A stretch of 64,000 nt of DNA from Chara braunii (Eukaryota > Plantae > Charophyceae). This document shows positions 61,571 through 64,000 of this stretch, piece by piece; positions within the stretch are counted from its first letter, which is position 1; every line of letters starts with the position of its first letter. The position numbers and the translations under genes were made by a program. The notes below the pieces were generated by a model. That model made no database searches, was not told the DNA's origin, and saw only the letters and a program-made list of their open reading frames with translations. The DNA lies in NCBI GenBank assembly GCA_003427395.1, contig BFEA01000010.1, positions 2,105,578 to 2,169,577 on the forward strand. The letters run 5' to 3'.

Positions 61571-63301
61571 GCGTGACCTGTGAAGCAGGAAGCCATGTCA
61601 CAGAAGGGAGGGGTGGTGGGTCCTTCCAGGACAATTCCTGGGAGAGAAGGACGAAAGAGGATGCAGGGGGTAACAAAGGATTTACAAGGGATGACAATCC
61701 ACAAAAAATGGGACAATTTGAGGATATTCCTGAGGGAGTTTGAAGAGTATGCCTTCAGAAGGGAGTGGGACACTCAGACCATGTTGCAGAAGGTGACAGG
61801 ATTGGGGGAGTGCAAAGAGGTGATGGATGAGATTGCCTCAGATTGTCTGGGATGTATGACCTTCAAAGGCGAGATGTGGGCTAGGTATGGGGATTTGACA
61901 AGGGATGAGATCTTGGAAGAATTTGAGGACAGTATCAATCTTTGTGGAGAGAAAAGAAGGTGGGGTGAAAAGAAGAAGTTGGAACAACACCAAGGGAATA
62001 TGAGGCAGTGAAAAAGGTCAGGGAAAAGTCGGATACGTGGGGAGGTTTTTTTGTCAAGATGAGAAAGGCCTATCCCTAGGAGATACAGCAGCAGAAGAAG
62101 AAACAACTACTTCAGGAACACGGATTGTGGATTGACAAGAGAGGAGAAAGGATGGGAAGAAGAGCTCAAAAGGAGAATAAAGGAGGTGACACATCCCCTT
62201 GACGAGAGAGTGACGAGGCTAAGGCTCCAGGTGGAAGCGACTCAATGAAGGAAGATAAAACACAAAGAAGGAAGGAACGCGTCGAGAAGGAAGTGGAAGG
62301 CAGTGGACATGTATCGAAAGGTAAAGAAGGGAGGTGAGAAGATGAAAGAAGGAAAAGGAAAGGGAAAGGGTGAAGAGAAAGTTGAGGAGGCTGTACCGTC
62401 GGAAGATGCTGAAACAGCTACCTCAGGGGAACCTCCAAAGGAACAAGGCTCAATGAGATTGACAGAGGAAGAAAGACAGAAGAGAGAGGAAAACAACAAA
62501 GAGTGGAGGAACCAAGCCGTTACCCTGCTACGAGAAAAGGAGTTGCCTTCAGATGCGCCTTGGAGCCTGAAACTGGAGAAAATACTGCTCTCTGAGATCA
62601 TGGTCAGCTCTAAATTGGCCTCCGATGTAAACAGATTAATCCGATTGCATGAAATGCTCAGGGAAGATTGTGAATGGCTCCTTAAAGGAGAGGCTGAAGT
62701 GACCGATAAGTTGGAAAAAGTGGAGGAAGAAAGAAAAAGGGAATTGAAAATCCCTGTTCAGGAACTCCAAGACAGGATAAGGGAGACTACAGAGTTACTC
62801 ACGCAGGGGGTGACAAGCTACGTCCCCGAAATTCTGAAGGAGATTCAGAGATTAAGAGCAAGGGAAGAGAAAAGGGATATGCAGTGGACAAGGATGAAGA
62901 AGGAAATGAAAAGTTTAAAAACTGAGGTAGAGAAGGCAAAAATTGAATAGGGGAAGTTGAAAGTGAAGGTGGAGGCACTAAGCACAACCCTTGCCAGCAA
63001 AAATAAGGAGGCGGAGATAGAAAAAATGGAAAAAGAAAGGTTGGACAGAGAAGTTGGTAAGTTGGAGGTAAAAGTCAGTGAGCAAGGTAAGGCGACTGAG
63101 TCGGAGACGAGTGAGAGAAAACAGGAAAATAAGAAATGGGAAAAGAGATGGAAAGAGGTGGAAGAGACATTAAAAAGATCCAAGATGGACATTCAGGCAA
63201 AGGTCGAAACAAGAGACATTAAGAAGACAGAGGACAAGGAGAAGGATCCAAGGGTAGAAGGAGAAGAGAGAAAACTTGATGATAAACAAGTGAACCGTTA
63301 A
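61571..63301 (+). pseudogene. Extra ORF 3' of pol: charged coiled-coil protein (disrupted)
   Basis: ORFs 61580-62011, 62303-62950 and 62957-63301 are E/K/R-rich. Preceded by the strong acceptor TTTTCTTTTTCTGTGTGCAG| at 61570. Confidence 0.6.
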
Positions 63302-63816
63302 ATATACGCCGCGTCGATTTGGTGCATTTTCGCACCGGTGGGTCTAATCCCGCCATTTTCAAGCGGCAAATTTGCCGATTTTTTATGCTCAGAAAAATCC
63401 ATCAAAAGGTCTGCAAATTTGAGGGTCCGTAGATCAGGTCATAATCGTTCAGGGAAAAATAACTTAAAAAAAAAAAAAAAGGGAAAATTTGTGTGGCGCC
63501 CCTGGGCCAAAAAATATTTTTCGGATGCCCTTCCCAGTAGTGACCAAACTTTCGGGGACGCCCTCCTCGTACTGGCGGTCCCATTTCCATCAGGGCCTAT
63601 GCCATATGCCCTCATAAGGGGCAGCCATCTTTATCAATGCCCCCGCCACATTGAGGGGCCGTGAGGCGGCATAAATTCGAGTTTGATTTCGAACTGCAGT
63701 GCTCGTCACGCTGCCGCTGCGTTGTTGTAGACGCGCAGCCGGGAAGCTGCTAGAGTGAAGTTCGCGCCCACGGTGAGTGCCACTTACCTTCGCACTTCAT
63801 CTTCTTCTTCGATGCC

Positions 63817-63906
63817 TGTGTGTGTGTGTGTGAGAGAGAGAGAGCGAGAGAGAGAAAGCCGCATATGAAATGCTGATGAGTCGTGATAACAGAGATCAGC
63901 AGTGAC

Positions 63907-64000
<94 letters not shown>
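63817..64000. repeat. (TG)n(AG)n and (CT)n(CA)n microsatellites
   Basis: Direct observation. Confidence 0.95.

Larger units (their letters stand above)
46635..63300 (+). mobile_element. Large degenerate Ty3/gypsy LTR retrotransposon with extra 5' and 3' ORFs; 3' LTR not present
   Basis: gag-ZnK-PR-RT-RNaseH-IN order is clear from 54415 to 61440. The 5' boundary is tentative. Confidence 0.75.

Overview
Repeat-dominated eukaryotic genomic window with N-gaps and no clearly intact host gene. The style of the LTR elements and repeats suggests a streptophyte alga such as Chara (inference). The main structure is a giant DNA transposon of roughly 27-28 kb (reconstructed), present as two copies: the right end of copy 1 (1-8443) and most of copy 2 (14888 to ~43160). 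It has ~480-bp terminal inverted repeats (5'-GAGGG...CCCTC-3') and a Sola-like DDD transposase. It also carries a divergently transcribed giant gene combining a ParB/Srx-like domain, a degenerate beta-class amino-methyltransferase-like fold, acidic repeats and a Ulp1/C48 protease. Downstream of the transposase is a tandem array of five uncharacterised paralogous genes, each starting one base after a 3' splice site. A 145-bp satellite lies near the right end, and dozens of copies of a 22-bp palindrome (AAGTGCGAGTTCACTCGCACTT-like) are spread through the element. Most ORFs are broken by stops and frameshifts. The rest of the window holds chromovirus and other Ty3/gypsy remnants, one large Ty3/gypsy element with extra ORFs and a nested MITE, microsatellites, and one Nextera adapter assembly artefact. 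All domain calls come from reading motifs by eye; no database searches were run.
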